A stretch of 64,000 nt of DNA. Origin: an uncultured bacterium (GTDB taxonomy: Bacteria; Armatimonadota; UBA5829). The number at the start of each line of letters is the position of its first letter. The first letter of the stretch is position 1. The stretch spans positions 14,444 to 78,443 of the forward strand of contig CAWGNL010000101.1 of assembly GCA_963823885.1 (NCBI GenBank), read 5' to 3'. Both the position numbers and the translations under genes were made by a program. This document shows, in pieces, positions 1 through 9,834 of this stretch. A model generated the notes under the pieces. That model was not told the DNA's origin, did not search any database, and was given only the letters and a program-made list of their open reading frames with translations.

Positions 1-731
1 AGTTCCGGGACCTTCTTTTCCTGTATTTCGATGAGCTTGGTGCGCAGGGGAACTGTCTTGCCTCGCAGATCCTCCGCCTGGAAGTCTTCAGGGTAAGTGA
101 CCTGGATTACCTTTTCCTCATCCGCGTTCATTCCAATCAGGCCGGCGTCGAAGTCGGGCAGGTTATCGCCTACCTCGGCCACGTTTCGGGTGGGCGCCTC
201 GCCAGGTTTATCGTCGTCGCTTATCTCGACGCGCAGAATGTCGCCGGCCTGAACTGGCCTGCCGGTGACGACGGAGCGTTGGGCATGACGATCCAGCATC
301 TGCTGGATCTCGGCGTCGACGTCTTCATCTTTGACCTCGCGCAAGGTTCGCTCGATTTCAAGGCCGATATACTCGCCCAATTCCACGACGGGACGAAGCG
401 GCACTTTGGCGGTGAAAAGCAGCGGCTCGCCGAAATCGAACTTTTCGAGATGCACGTCGGCCGGCGCGTAGGGCTCGAGCCTGCTCTCTTCCAGGGCTTC
501 CTTGAAGGCAGGCTCCAGCAGCTTATCGGCCACGTGGTCCTTGACCTTTTCTTCATCGATGTAGCGTTCGAGGATCGGCCTGGGGGCCTTGCCCTTGCGG
601 AAGCCCGGAATGTTGACCCGCTTACCGAACTCGGCGTAGGTGGCGTCTACAGCCGAGCCGACTTTCTCGGCATCGACCTCGACTTTAAGCTCCACTTCGC
701 AAGGACTTGTCTGTTCCTGTTTAACAAGCAT
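1..731 (-). CDS. tig: Trigger factor, N-terminal ~243 codons (3' end lies outside the window)
   Basis: Not in the ORF track because the frame is open at the window edge. Reverse-strand translation from ATG (complement of 729-731): MLVKQEQTSPCEVELKVEVDAEKVGSAVDATYAEFGKRVNIPGFRKGKAPRPILERYIDEEKVKDHVADKLLEPAFKEAL... The IPGFRKGKAP ribosome-docking signature and the N-domain layout are typical of trigger factor. Confidence 0.85.
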   Translation of the reverse strand, partial: MLVKQEQTSPCEVELKVEVDAEKVGSAVDATYAEFGKRVNIPGFRKGKAPRPILERYIDEEKVKDHVADKLLEPAFKEALEESRLEPYAPADVHLEKFDFGEPLLFTAKVPLRPVVELGEYIGLEIERTLREVKDEDVDAEIQQMLDRHAQRSVVTGRPVQAGDILRVEISDDDKPGEAPTRNVAEVGDNLPDFDAGLIGMNADEEKVIQVTYPEDFQAEDLRGKTVPLRTKLIEIQEKKVPE

Positions 732-801
732 AAGAGGCTCCACGTGGGTTCATAAAAAAAAGGATACAGGATGCTTATCCTATACCCTATATTCATATAT
801 T

Positions 802-876
802 TGGAGCGGGGGACGGGACTCGAACCCGCGACATCCACCTTGGCAAGGTGGCGTTCTACCACTGAACCACCCCCGC
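802..876 (-). tRNA. tRNA-Gly (anticodon GCC)
   Basis: Reverse strand GCGGGGGTGGTTCAGTGGTAGAACGCCACCTTGCCAAGGTGGATGTCGCGGGTTCGAGTCCCGTCCCCCGCTCCA. It has a 7-bp acceptor stem, D arm, anticodon loop TTGCCAA, T-loop TTCGAGT and an encoded CCA. Confidence 0.9.
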
Positions 877-1238
877 GCATCCGCATATCTGTTTATCGGG
901 CTAATGGCGCACAAAGAGCAGAAACCAGCCCAAAATCACCCTACTCGTAAATGCTAACACACGAAGCCGGCTTTTGTAAAGTAGTTAGGCGCGTCCGTGG
1001 CAAAAAATATGACGGGCTTGCCGATGGACCGCATGGCTTCTCCTTTTGAAACGCGGATTACGCGGAATCTACCGGCGCTACGTGTTTTGTTGTTGTTTCG
1101 GGAAACCCTTTTCCCGAAACGGCAAGAGTGAGACCCAGGAATTTGACGTGGGGGCCGAAATAACGAAGGCCGATGCCATTATCGAGAGTGACAGGTCGTT
1201 CGGTAACGGCATCGGCTGCCGGTCGGAATCCGCGGATG

Positions 1239-1383
1239 CTAGTGCTTAGTTGCATAATTGATTGATAGAATGCTGTAACGGGTGTTTCGGGAATCTTGTT
1301 CCCGAAACTAAGTGCGTATCGGGAACAAGATTCCCGATACACCGGCAAGAATACTATTAGCTATTTATGCAAGTAGACACTAG
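1239..1383. mobile_element. 145-bp MITE-like element, copy 1 (19-bp terminal inverted repeats around a double-hairpin core)
   Basis: Ends are CTAGTGCTTAGTTGCATAA ... TTATGCAAGTAGACACTAG. The core is GTTTCGGGAATCTTGTTCCCGAAAC-taagtgcg-TATCGGGAACAAGATTCCCGATAC. A near-identical inverted copy lies at 59297-59441. Confidence 0.75.
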
Positions 1384-1598
1384 CCTGCATTATTCATGTA
1401 ACGCCTGTTTGCGCAGCACTTTGTGCTCCCCTCGCCCTCACGGGAGAGGGGTTGGGGGTGAGGGTGGAACGCCGCGCTCGATGAGCCGGTGCCTGATTAC
1501 AGCGTTTCCCCCTCACCGGCCCTCTCCCGTCCGGGAGAGGGAGCACGTGCGTGGCGAAACCGAAAGGCTGGTCCATCAATTCGTGAATAATGCGGAGG

Positions 1599-2360
1599 CT
1601 AGTCCATCCACGACCCGCCATTTATCGGCAGGGTCATTCCAGTTATGTATGATGCATCTTTCGATGCCAGGAACACAAAGACCCCGGCAACTTCGTCCGG
1701 TTCGCCTATCTTTTGCAGCGGGATATTCTTCCTGCATCGCTCCATGCTTTCCGGCGAATGCAATGATCTGAGCATGGCTGTATCGATCAGTCCAGGCGCG
1801 ACGCAGTTCACCGTGACGTTGGCTCCCGCGAAGTCTCTGGCCAGCGACCGGGTATAAGCTTCGACCCCTGCTTTCGCCGCCACGTATGGATACACTCCCA
1901 CACCGGCCCGCGCCGAGATTGAGGTAGTGTTTATGATCCTGCCCCCCCCGAGGGCAATCATGGCGGGCATAGAGTATTTTGTGCACAGAAAAACGCTCTT
2001 GAGGTTTGCGGTCACGATACGGTCCCAGAAACTCTCGTCGATTTCACCCAGCGGGCATTCATATCCGGAATCCCCGGCATTGTTTATCAAAACGCTTATG
2101 GGACGCCCAAAGTGCTCGGCTATCGAGTCCACCGCCGCACGCACTGCATCGTCGCTCGTTACGTCCACTTTGACGAGAAAGATATCTCTGCCGGTATCCG
2201 ACTTCACTTTCCGGGCAAGCGCCTGAGCGGAATCGACGCTCTTATTGTAGCAGCAGGCGACATCAGCGCCCAAAGATGCGAACCGCTCAACAGTCGCGGC
2301 CCCAATGCCGGTCCCCCCTCCCGTGATCATGACAACCTTTCCGACGAATTCATCTTTCAC
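1599..2360 (-). CDS. Short-chain dehydrogenase/reductase (FabG-like)
   Basis: 253-aa ORF with the Rossmann motif ITGGGTGIGAA, NNAG, catalytic YxxxK (YPYVAAKAG) and a PG..DT segment. The length is typical of classical SDRs. Confidence 0.9.
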   Translation of the reverse strand: MKDEFVGKVVMITGGGTGIGAATVERFASLGADVACCYNKSVDSAQALARKVKSDTGRDIFLVKVDVTSDDAVRAAVDSIAEHFGRPISVLINNAGDSGYECPLGEIDESFWDRIVTANLKSVFLCTKYSMPAMIALGGGRIINTTSISARAGVGVYPYVAAKAGVEAYTRSLARDFAGANVTVNCVAPGLIDTAMLRSLHSPESMERCRKNIPLQKIGEPDEVAGVFVFLASKDASYITGMTLPINGGSWMD

Positions 2361-2919
2361 GATTACACTGTCCTTTCATAAATTAAGATATGACATCCAC
2401 CCCATCGAGCATATTATGTCCCACCCGGGATATGTCGCTACGATCCTTGGCAATGTCATGTATCCGCATACGGATACGGATACGGCAGTAGATTAGCATA
2501 CATCAACTGCCTTGTCAACCACAAGGCGTGCAAAAGTTCACTACCATCGCATTGTTCGTTGTTTGCGTTGCTGTTATTTCGGGAAACCCTTTTCCCGAAA
2601 CGGCAAAAGTGAGACGCAGGAATTCGGCGTGGGTCGAGACCGTTTCGCTGTTACGGCGACCATCGCTCAGTAGCAGCCGCGATAGCGCGCTCCGGGTCGA
2701 TGCGGCGCAGGCGCTATAGTCGGTGACACATTGGCGGGCGGTTTCGGGAAAAGGGGTTTTCCGAAACAACGGAAACGGGATAATGCCGGACCAGCCTAAT
2801 TAATCCAGGCAAGCCCCCGGCTCTGCCAGGTGACTCGTAGCGTTTGACGCATGCGGAAGTCATCCGTCTAGCGCAACGTTACGCTCTTGTCACCCAGGCC
2901 GTAAATACGTCATTCTGAG

Positions 2920-3321
2920 CAAGTGACCTCGGCGTTGCCCCGGTTACATTAGAAAGAAACCAGCCCCGTTGTTTCGGGACACCCTTGTCCCGAAACCAGC
3001 AGTTTCTTAGGAGCGTCGGACCCCGCGCTGCGGAGTCACGTTATAAAGAAACTCACCCCGGCAGGCTATGCTTCGCGGGCGACTGCCCCGAAGCCGCCGG
3101 CATGGGAGGTTTCTTAGGAGCAAGTGACCTCGGCGTTGCCGCGGTTACATTAGAAAGAAACCAGCCCCCGGTGTTTCGGGAATCTTGTTCCCGAAACTGG
3201 GGAGTTTCTTAGGAGCGTCGGACCCCGCGCTGCGGAGTCACGTTATAAAGAAACTCACCCGGCAGGCTATGCTTCGCGGGCGACTGCCCCAAAGCCGGCG
3301 GCATGGAAGGTTTCTTAGGAG
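2920..3321. repeat. Tandem duplication, 2 x ~201 bp, built from nested palindromic modules
   Basis: CAAGTGACCTCGGCGTTGCC...GGTTTCTTAGGAG starts at 2920 and again at 3121. Each unit carries a GTTTCGGGA(N)TCCCGAAAC hairpin and TTTCTTAGGAG / AAGAAACTC motifs. An inverted partial copy lies at ~60940-61140. Confidence 0.8.
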
Positions 3322-3469
3322 GAACGAAGAATCTGCTTTTACTTTCCGCATGGATCTATGCCGTGACGTAAAAGCAGATCCTTCGCGTTCGCTCAGGATG
3401 ACGTGATTGCTGCGTTCTTGCCAAAGATGCAACGTTTGCCGCAACCCCTCAGGATTGTTGCCCTTCTCC

Positions 3470-4009
3470 TTATCTTCCGAGGTACCTTTCCGAATGCCCC
3501 TGGTGTTCCCGCCAGTTTTTCGTGTACTCCGCTGCCAGCTTGGGGCTTGTGAGTATGAGCACGTTTTCGGCGTTGCTCTCCTCCGCCGCCTTGGTGAAGT
3601 TGAAACTCCCGGTTATGACGGTTGTCCCATCTATCACCATGACTTTGTTGTGGGCTATGGCGTGGGCCGCGTCGATGTATGTGGGGATGCCCGCGCGAGC
3701 CAGGAAGTCGGCCTCGGAGTAATTCGCCGTGCGTTGGCTTTTGTCCAGGATCGCCGACACCTTCACCCCGCGCTTTTGTGCGTTCAGCAGGGCCTTCGCG
3801 ATTGGGACGGAAGTGAAGGAGTATGCCTGAACCAGGACCGTGGATTTCGCCCGGTCCAAGGTATCAACTATTGCCTGCGTGCATCCCCCGCGCGGGGAGA
3901 AGTGCACTCGCCAAGTCGCTGTGCCCTCTCCCTGCCGGTATCCTAAAGCGCAGGTCGCCGCTAAGAGGATGAGGGCTATGAGCAGAAATGGCCGGGGCGT
4001 TCTTCGCAT
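3470..4009 (-). CDS. Phospholipase D-family (HKD motif) protein, Nuc-like, secreted
   Basis: HKD signature AHNKVMVIDGTTVITGSFNFT. I set the start at MRRTPRPFLLIALILLAATCA (signal peptide, ATG complement 4007-4009), because the longer ORF-track start (4189) would overlap two tRNA genes. Confidence 0.8.
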   Translation of the reverse strand: MRRTPRPFLLIALILLAATCALGYRQGEGTATWRVHFSPRGGCTQAIVDTLDRAKSTVLVQAYSFTSVPIAKALLNAQKRGVKVSAILDKSQRTANYSEADFLARAGIPTYIDAAHAIAHNKVMVIDGTTVITGSFNFTKAAEESNAENVLILTSPKLAAEYTKNWREHQGHSERYLGR

Positions 4010-4095
4010 GCGTTTTTGCCTCTCACGAATCGGGGAGGACTCTTTATGCTTCCCCAGAGTCATGGGGCCGACGGGGAGCCTGAACGTAGGGAAAA

Positions 4096-4179
4096 TGGTG
4101 GGCGAGGGGAGAGTCGAACTCCCACACCTTGCGGCAATAGATCCTAAATCTATCGTGTCTGCCATTCCACCACTCGCCC
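4096..4179 (-). tRNA. tRNA-Leu (anticodon TAG)
   Basis: Reverse strand GGGCGAGTGGTGGAATGGCAGACACGATAGATTTAGGATCTATTGCCGCAAGGTGTGGGAGTTCGACTCTCCCCTCGCCCACCA. It has anticodon loop TTTAGGA, a long variable arm, T-loop TTCGACT and an encoded CCA. Confidence 0.85.
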
Positions 4180-4189
4180 AAGGGAACAC

Positions 4190-4265
4190 TGGTGGACGAT
4201 CAGGGACTCGAACCCTGGACCAATGGATTAAGAGTCCACTGCTCTACCAACTGAGCTAATCGTCC
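4190..4265 (-). tRNA. tRNA-Lys (anticodon CTT)
   Basis: Reverse strand GGACGATTAGCTCAGTTGGTAGAGCAGTGGACTCTTAATCCATTGGTCCAGGGTTCGAGTCCCTGATCGTCCACCA. It forms a canonical cloverleaf with anticodon loop CTCTTAA. Confidence 0.9.
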
Positions 4266-4357
4266 ACGTTAGTCACATTGCCGACAGTATTATACCAACA
4301 AGTACGCCGGTCGTCAACCGCCGCTTGGCGTTCCAACCCAGCGCGGGGACCTTCTCT

Positions 4358-4520
4358 GGGTGGCGATTTCCGAATCGCCACCCCACCCGTCCGCCGGATT
4401 TCCGAATCCGGCATGGCATGCTGCCGGTCTAACGGTTGGGTGCCGCGGGTCGGATAGAACCATTCCGACTTACATGTAGCATCCAAGCGGAATGGCGGGA
4501 TTCGGAAATCGCCACCCAGG
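4358..4520. repeat. Palindromic MITE-like element (GGGTGGCGATTTCCGAATCGCCACCC family), copy A
   Basis: The left end GGGTGGCGATTTCCGAATCGCCACCC + CCGGATTTCCGAATCCGG is mirrored at the right end by GGGATTCGGAAATCGCCACCCAGG. The same family occurs at 6499-6716. Partial copies lie at ~35655-35712 and 57155-57192. Confidence 0.75.
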
Positions 4521-4643
4521 AAAGCGGTGCTCCGGTTCAGCGTTCTCACTAACCTCAGCGTCTCAGCGATTCTAAGGACGCTGAAGGGAACACCTTCGTA
4601 TCTGGGGAATAATAGCATAACATCCCTCACCCGGAGCAAAGCT

Positions 4644-6439
4644 ATGGCTGACGAGAAGGTTACGCTGACAATAGATGGGCACACGGTCAAGGTCCCCAAG
4701 GGAACGACGGTCATGCAGGCGGCGGAGACGCTTGCCATCCGCATTCCACGGCTCTGCTATCACCCCAGGCTTCACCTCGAAGGCTCCTGCAGGGTCTGCC
4801 TGGTCGATGCGGAAGGCATGCGCAACCCCATCGCGTCGTGTTCTTTCCCCGTGATGGAGGGGATGGTCGTCCACACCAACCCTCCCGAGATCAGGGAGAT
4901 ACGCCGCACGATCGTCGAGCTTTTGGTCGACAACCACCCGATGGACTGCCAGACCTGCGAGCGCGACGGCAACTGCGAGCTTCAATACCTTGCCTATGCC
5001 TGCGGAGTCAGAGAGCGCAATTATCACGGCGAGAAGAAACACTACGAGAAGGATTTCAGCTCCGTTTCGGTGATCCGCGACCCGGATAAGTGCATTCTCT
5101 GCGGCCGCTGCGTGCGGATTTGCGCGGAAGTGCAGGGGGTCTCCGCGCTGGGCTACGTCAATCGAGGTTTCAAGACCAACGTGGCCCCGGCTTACCATGC
5201 GCCATTTGCCGAGAGCGTTTGCATCACCTGCGGGCAGTGCATCAACGTCTGCCCGGTGGCTGCTTTCCTGGAAAAGGATTATACCAGGGATGTGATGGCG
5301 GCGCTGGCGGACCCGGAAATGCACGTGGTCGTCCAGATCGCTCCGAGCGTGAGGGCATCGATCGGGGAGGGGTTCGAACCAGCCGCCGGGGATTCCGATG
5401 ACCGGCCAGACCGTGGCCGCGCTCAGGCGGCTAGGCTTCGACCGGGTATTCGACACCCAAATGGGGGCGGATATGACCGTAATGGAAGAAGCATCGGAGT
5501 TTGTTTATCGGCTGTATCACGGCGGCCCGCTGCCTATCATAACGAGTCTGTTCCTCCGCGTGGATGAAGTTCGCGGAGCATTTCTACCCCGATTTGCTCG
5601 ACAATATCTCCACCACCAAGTCGCCGATGAGCATTCTAGGCTCGCTTGTTAAGACCTACTATGCCGAGAAGAACGGCATCGATCCGGCGAAGATTTTTAG
5701 CGTGGGCGCCATGTGCTGCACGGCGAAAAAATTCGAGTCGTTCAGGCCCGAGCAAAGGCTGCCAGACCTCGACGCGCCGTCGGTGGACCGGGTGCTCACT
5801 ACCCGCGAACTGGTGTGGATGATCAAAAACGCGGGCCTCTCTTTCGTCCATCTCCCGGTCGAGGAGTTCGACCCGGTGCTGGGGATGTCCACGGGCGCGG
5901 GCGCGATCTTCGGGGCGACCGGCGGGCTTGCGGAAGCGGTGTATCGGACGGTCTACTGGCTGCTGACGGGCGAGACGCTGGCCGAGGTCATCGTCCGCGA
6001 GGTCCGGAGCGTGGCGCAGGGGGTCAAGCGCTGGACCGCGAAGGTTGGGGACCGCGAACTGCACTTCGGGGTGGCGCACGGCCTCGGCGACGCGCACAAG
6101 CTGCTCAAAATGGTGCAAAAGGGCGAGGAGGAGTTCCATTTCGTCGAGATTATGGGCTGCCCTGGCGGCTGCATCGGCGGCGGCGGCCAGCCTTATGCTC
6201 GCGCGGGCGAAGGGGTCCCGCTGGACATCGAAAACCTGAAGAAACGCGCCGAGGCGCTTCGCGGCATCGACGCCGGGAAGGTCCTGAAGCGCTCTTATGA
6301 AAATCCGGACGTGGTGAGGGTCTACAAAGATTACCTCGGCGAGCCTCTGAGCGAGAAGTCCAAGAAGCTCCTCCACACCCACTACCTGCCCCGCCTTCCT
6401 CACGGGGTCTGGAACCCCGACGTGCTGAGGACGGATTAG
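4644..6439 (+). CDS. [FeFe]-hydrogenase catalytic subunit, CpI-like multi-cluster architecture; two frame breaks (~5390, ~5562)
   Basis: Three abutting frames: ORFs 4527..5567, 5398..5652 and 5564..6439. Motifs: 2Fe-2S region (CYHPRLHLEGSCRVC), HPMDCQTCERDGNCELQ, two 4Fe-4S motifs (CILCGRCVRIC, CITCGQCINVCP), and H-cluster motifs MCCTAKKFE and EIMGCPGGCIGGGGQP. Start is MADEKVTLTIDGHTV. Confidence 0.8.
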
Positions 6440-6498
6440 CCCGGGTAGTGGAAAGTCGAAAGTGGAAAGCCCGGAACCACACCCAGTAACGAGTCCAC

Positions 6499-6716
6499 CC
6501 TGGGTGGGGATTTCCGAATCCCCACCCCAACGCCAGATGAGGGATTTCCGAATCCCGCCTTCCGCTTAGGAGCCGCGGCAGCTGCGCAGAGTGCGCTTAT
6601 AAGCGGAACCGTTCAGCCGGGCGCCTAACCTCTGGTCTGGTTCGGTAGCGTGTTTTGCCGGATTCCGAAATCCGGCGGGATGGGTTCGGGTGGCGATTCG
6701 GAAATCGCCACCCAGG
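6499..6716. repeat. Palindromic MITE-like element (GGGTGGCGATTTCCGAATCGCCACCC family), copy B
   Basis: CCTGGGTGGGGATTTCCGAATCCCCACCCC ... GGGTGGCGATTCGGAAATCGCCACCCAGG with an inner CCGGATTCCGAAATCCGG hairpin. It lies directly downstream of the hydrogenase gene. Confidence 0.75.
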
Positions 6717-6760
6717 TGAGTAGGACTCGTTTCTCGTTACTCAGCACTCGTTACTCGTTC

Positions 6761-9434
6761 TCAGTTCGCCGTGTGAACTACTCCGACCACGTAAGGCGGA
6801 GTGCCTTCCAGGCTGCCGGTGAGATAAATAGTCCGGCTGGATGCGTCGTATTCCGTGAAGAACAGCGTTCCCGCGCCTGGCCCGCGGTCGACATTGGCCA
6901 GGTTGCCGTTCGAGTTGGTCGACGGGTCGAACCCGGCGTTGGCGGGAAGCGTGAACCGCGCCCGGAATACTCCCGAACCGTCGTCCGCAGCGGTTATCGG
7001 AATCGCCGCACCCTCTGACAGGGACTGGCTGGACTGAGCGGACGACGACGACCCCTGCGAAGAGTGCGCGCCCGTCCAGCAGGCAACGAATGCTTCCGCA
7101 TCCTCGATATCGATCTTGCCGTCGCCCTGCACCGTCCAGTCGGGCCAGGTCGTGCCGGTATACGGGGCCAGGTCGTAAATGCCGTCAACGGCTGGATCGA
7201 ACACAGGCGCGGACGCCGTGTGCCACCTTACCCATTCCTGGATGAACAGGGTCGCGTCCAGAATGTTGACCACGCCGTCGAGATTGAAGTCGCCCGGCAG
7301 GCCCGCCGACGTGGCCACCGTCAGCGCATCGCAGCTCCCGATCACAAGGTCCTGCGTCCCGGCCGAAGTCGCGGCCGTAAGGGTAATGGACTTCACTATC
7401 TCAACGCTCGCGGCGGGGCTGGCGATGCTCGCGGTCACGGCGATCTGCCGGTTCTGAGCATCCCATTCCGTGTAGAACTGCGAGACATCCTTGCCCGGCT
7501 CAACGCACGCCAGGTTACCACTCACGACGGTCGTGTCCACGGTCATTGCCTGCGGTATGCCTATGTAAAGGGTGACGGTCTGCGGCAGGGATGGATCGTT
7601 GACCACGATATGAGGCGTCTCGAAGGTAGCGCCCGCGTTTGCCGACACCTGGTTCGGCGCGAACTCGGCAGCCGGGACGGTGGTAAACCGCCATACGTAG
7701 GGCGCGGCTATGTTCGTGCCGTCCGAGCTCTCGGGCGCCCGTGCCCACAGTGCCGGTATAGGTTGTGCCGGGGAGCATGTTGGCGTGGCTGATAGTCAGC
7801 GTTGTGCCGTCGCCGCTCCACGAGAAAACAGGGGTGTCCAAACCAGGCGGGATCGTCACGGCGAGTTCGGTCGACGAGGGGTCCATGGCGATGTTGAACT
7901 GGATGACGACGTTTGCATCCAAGTCCACACAACCCGCGGAGTCCGCCGGCTGGACCGAGACCACCGACGGGGCGGTCTGAGATGAATGCACGGTCAGGGT
8001 CGCGGCGGTGCCCGCCGTAACGGTCGGGTCGATGCTGCTTGCGACCGTGCAGGTGAGCGAGACCGAAATGTCCTTGCCGGTCGCGTTGGCGGGAGCGGTG
8101 TAAGTCGGGTTCTGGACCGCCGGGCTGGGGCTGAACGAGCCGCCCGCGCCTGAGTCGGACCAGAGATAGACCACCGGGTCTCCGTGTGAGTCGCTGGCGG
8201 CCGCGCTGCAGGCGGTCCGGCCCCCGGCAGCGACCGCGGCGGGGTTTGCGGCCGCGAGGCCGACGATCACGATCGCGTTCGGCGACTGGACAGGCGTGGG
8301 CTGGCTTACCGGGACAACGAGCGTGCCCGAGCATGCCTGCTGAGTTGTGGAACCCGCGTAGCTCGCTGCGATCTGCCAGTTGCCCACGGTCGAAAGCACC
8401 TTGCTCGAAGTGAACGTTCCATCCAGGCCGGTCGAGACCTGGCTGGTCGAGGTGTTGCCCGCCGAATCCGTAAAGGTGAGAGTCAACGGGACCTGACCTG
8501 CCGGACTGAACACGCCTTTAACGGTGACGCTCTGGCACGCCGTGGGATTAGTGGGAGTGGCAGTCAGCAACAGGGCGGTGACCGCCTTGTTGCTCACGGC
8601 CACCGCCGCGGTGGCAGAGCTGGACTGGTAGCCTGTGGCGCCGGCAAAACTTGCTCGTATCGAATATGCGCCGGTGCTCGACGGCTGGAAGCTCGTTTGA
8701 TAGGACCCAGTGGAATCCGTGGAGACGGCCGACGTGGTAACCACGCTGCTGGGATTGGTGATACTGATCGTTATCGACTGCACCATGGCCGGCGTCAACT
8801 GCCCGGTGAGCGCGACGGTCTGGTTGACCACGCTGCTCGCGGGGTTTGCCGCGATGCTCAGCCCGGTTGCGGTAACGTTGGGCGGAGGCACGGACATGGC
8901 AGCGGCCGCGATGCCATTTACGGGGTCATATACTGAAACCGCGGTAACGGTCAGCGTGTCGCCGGTGGTTGCATTGGAGGGCACGGTCACTTCAGCAAAG
9001 CACGGGCAGTAGCCGCCAGGGACGATGAGCGTGGTGCCGGTGCTGGTGATGTTGGTCTGCTCGGAGGGTTCGTGGATACTGTCCGCGTTATCATCGTAGA
9101 TTATGGCGACCGGCCAGCCGTTTGCCGAACTGATCGAGAGGCTCATTCGATCCGTGCCGTTGCCGGTGTTTATTATTTTCATGGGGATGTAGACGCCCTG
9201 GCCGGCAACGGTCTTGCCTGCCGGAGGACTGGACGTAATGCTCACCCCCGCTGCCTGGAGGACGGTGAGAGTTACGCTTGCCGGGTTCGCGTTGTGGGTC
9301 TGCTCCAAAGCATCTGTGTAGGTGGCCCCAGCGGTCAACTGAATGGTTGTTCCGGGCGGGAGCCCGACTCCGAGGGTCACGGAGGGGCAACCAAACAACA
9401 GACACAGTAATACTAGGCAAGTTGTGCGCTGCAT
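6761..9434 (-). CDS. Large cell-surface protein with Ig-like repeats and a C-terminal dockerin-like module; one frame break (~7725)
   Basis: ORFs 7515..9566 and 6761..7648 join as ...TYTGTVGTGAR / SDGTNIAAPYVWRFTTVPAAEF... Start is MQRTTCLVLLCLLFGC (lipoprotein-like signal, ATG complement 9432-9434, AGGA upstream). The body is T/S/A/V-rich beta-repeats. Dockerin/EF-hand-like pairs: GDFNLDGVVNILDATLF and GDGKIDIEDAEAF. Confidence 0.65.
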
Positions 9435-9692
9435 AGCTGACATCCTTGTTGACGAATAGGCTGATTTGCGGGCCGACTTTGGCTGATGGTCCGCTACCAC
9501 GTTGTTCCGTGAGCAAGAATGGGGGACGCCTGGTAATGCTGCGAGTTTATTGCTGGGCAGAAGCATGGGTAAGATGACTCGTAACGCGCGGGGCCGGAAC
9601 CAACCGGCCGGTTGGAAGCGTATTGGGAAGAAGTTCTACTTGACTGCAGGGCGCATGGGCGGAATAATAAAGGTAGTGGTGGCTTAGCGCTG

Positions 9693-9834
9693 GCAGCGGG
9701 AACTCGAAGGCCTTGATGCCGGTGACTGCGCCGGATTGTCGTTCCGCCGCATATATGGGGCGGTGCCGTGCGTGCAGCGGGAACTCGAAGGCCTTGATGC
9801 CGGCGACTGCGTCGAATTGTCGTTCCCGCCGCAT
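9693..9834. repeat. Two tandem half-units of the GCAGCGGGAACTCGAAGG...TTGTCGTTCCCGCCGC palindromic family
   Basis: GCAGCGGGAACTCGAAGGCCTTGATGCCGG.GACTGCG.CG.ATTGTCGTTCC(C)GCCGCAT occurs twice, starting at 9693 and 9774. Full-length elements lie at 52391-52581 and 60643-60834. Confidence 0.75.

Noticed and set aside
4010-4189. Longer start for the PLD-family gene (ORF track 3470..4189)
   Set aside because: The extension overlaps tRNA-Leu (4096-4179) and abuts tRNA-Lys. A signal-peptide-bearing start at 4009 explains the protein.
9693-9834. Integron attC sites or CRISPR repeats, for the GCAGCGGGAACTCGAAGG...TTGTCGTTCCCGCCGC family
   Set aside because: There is no intI gene, no GTTRRRY core sites and no cassette-like ORF spacing. 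Copies are dispersed singly at gene boundaries in both orientations, as expected for REP/MITE-type repeats.
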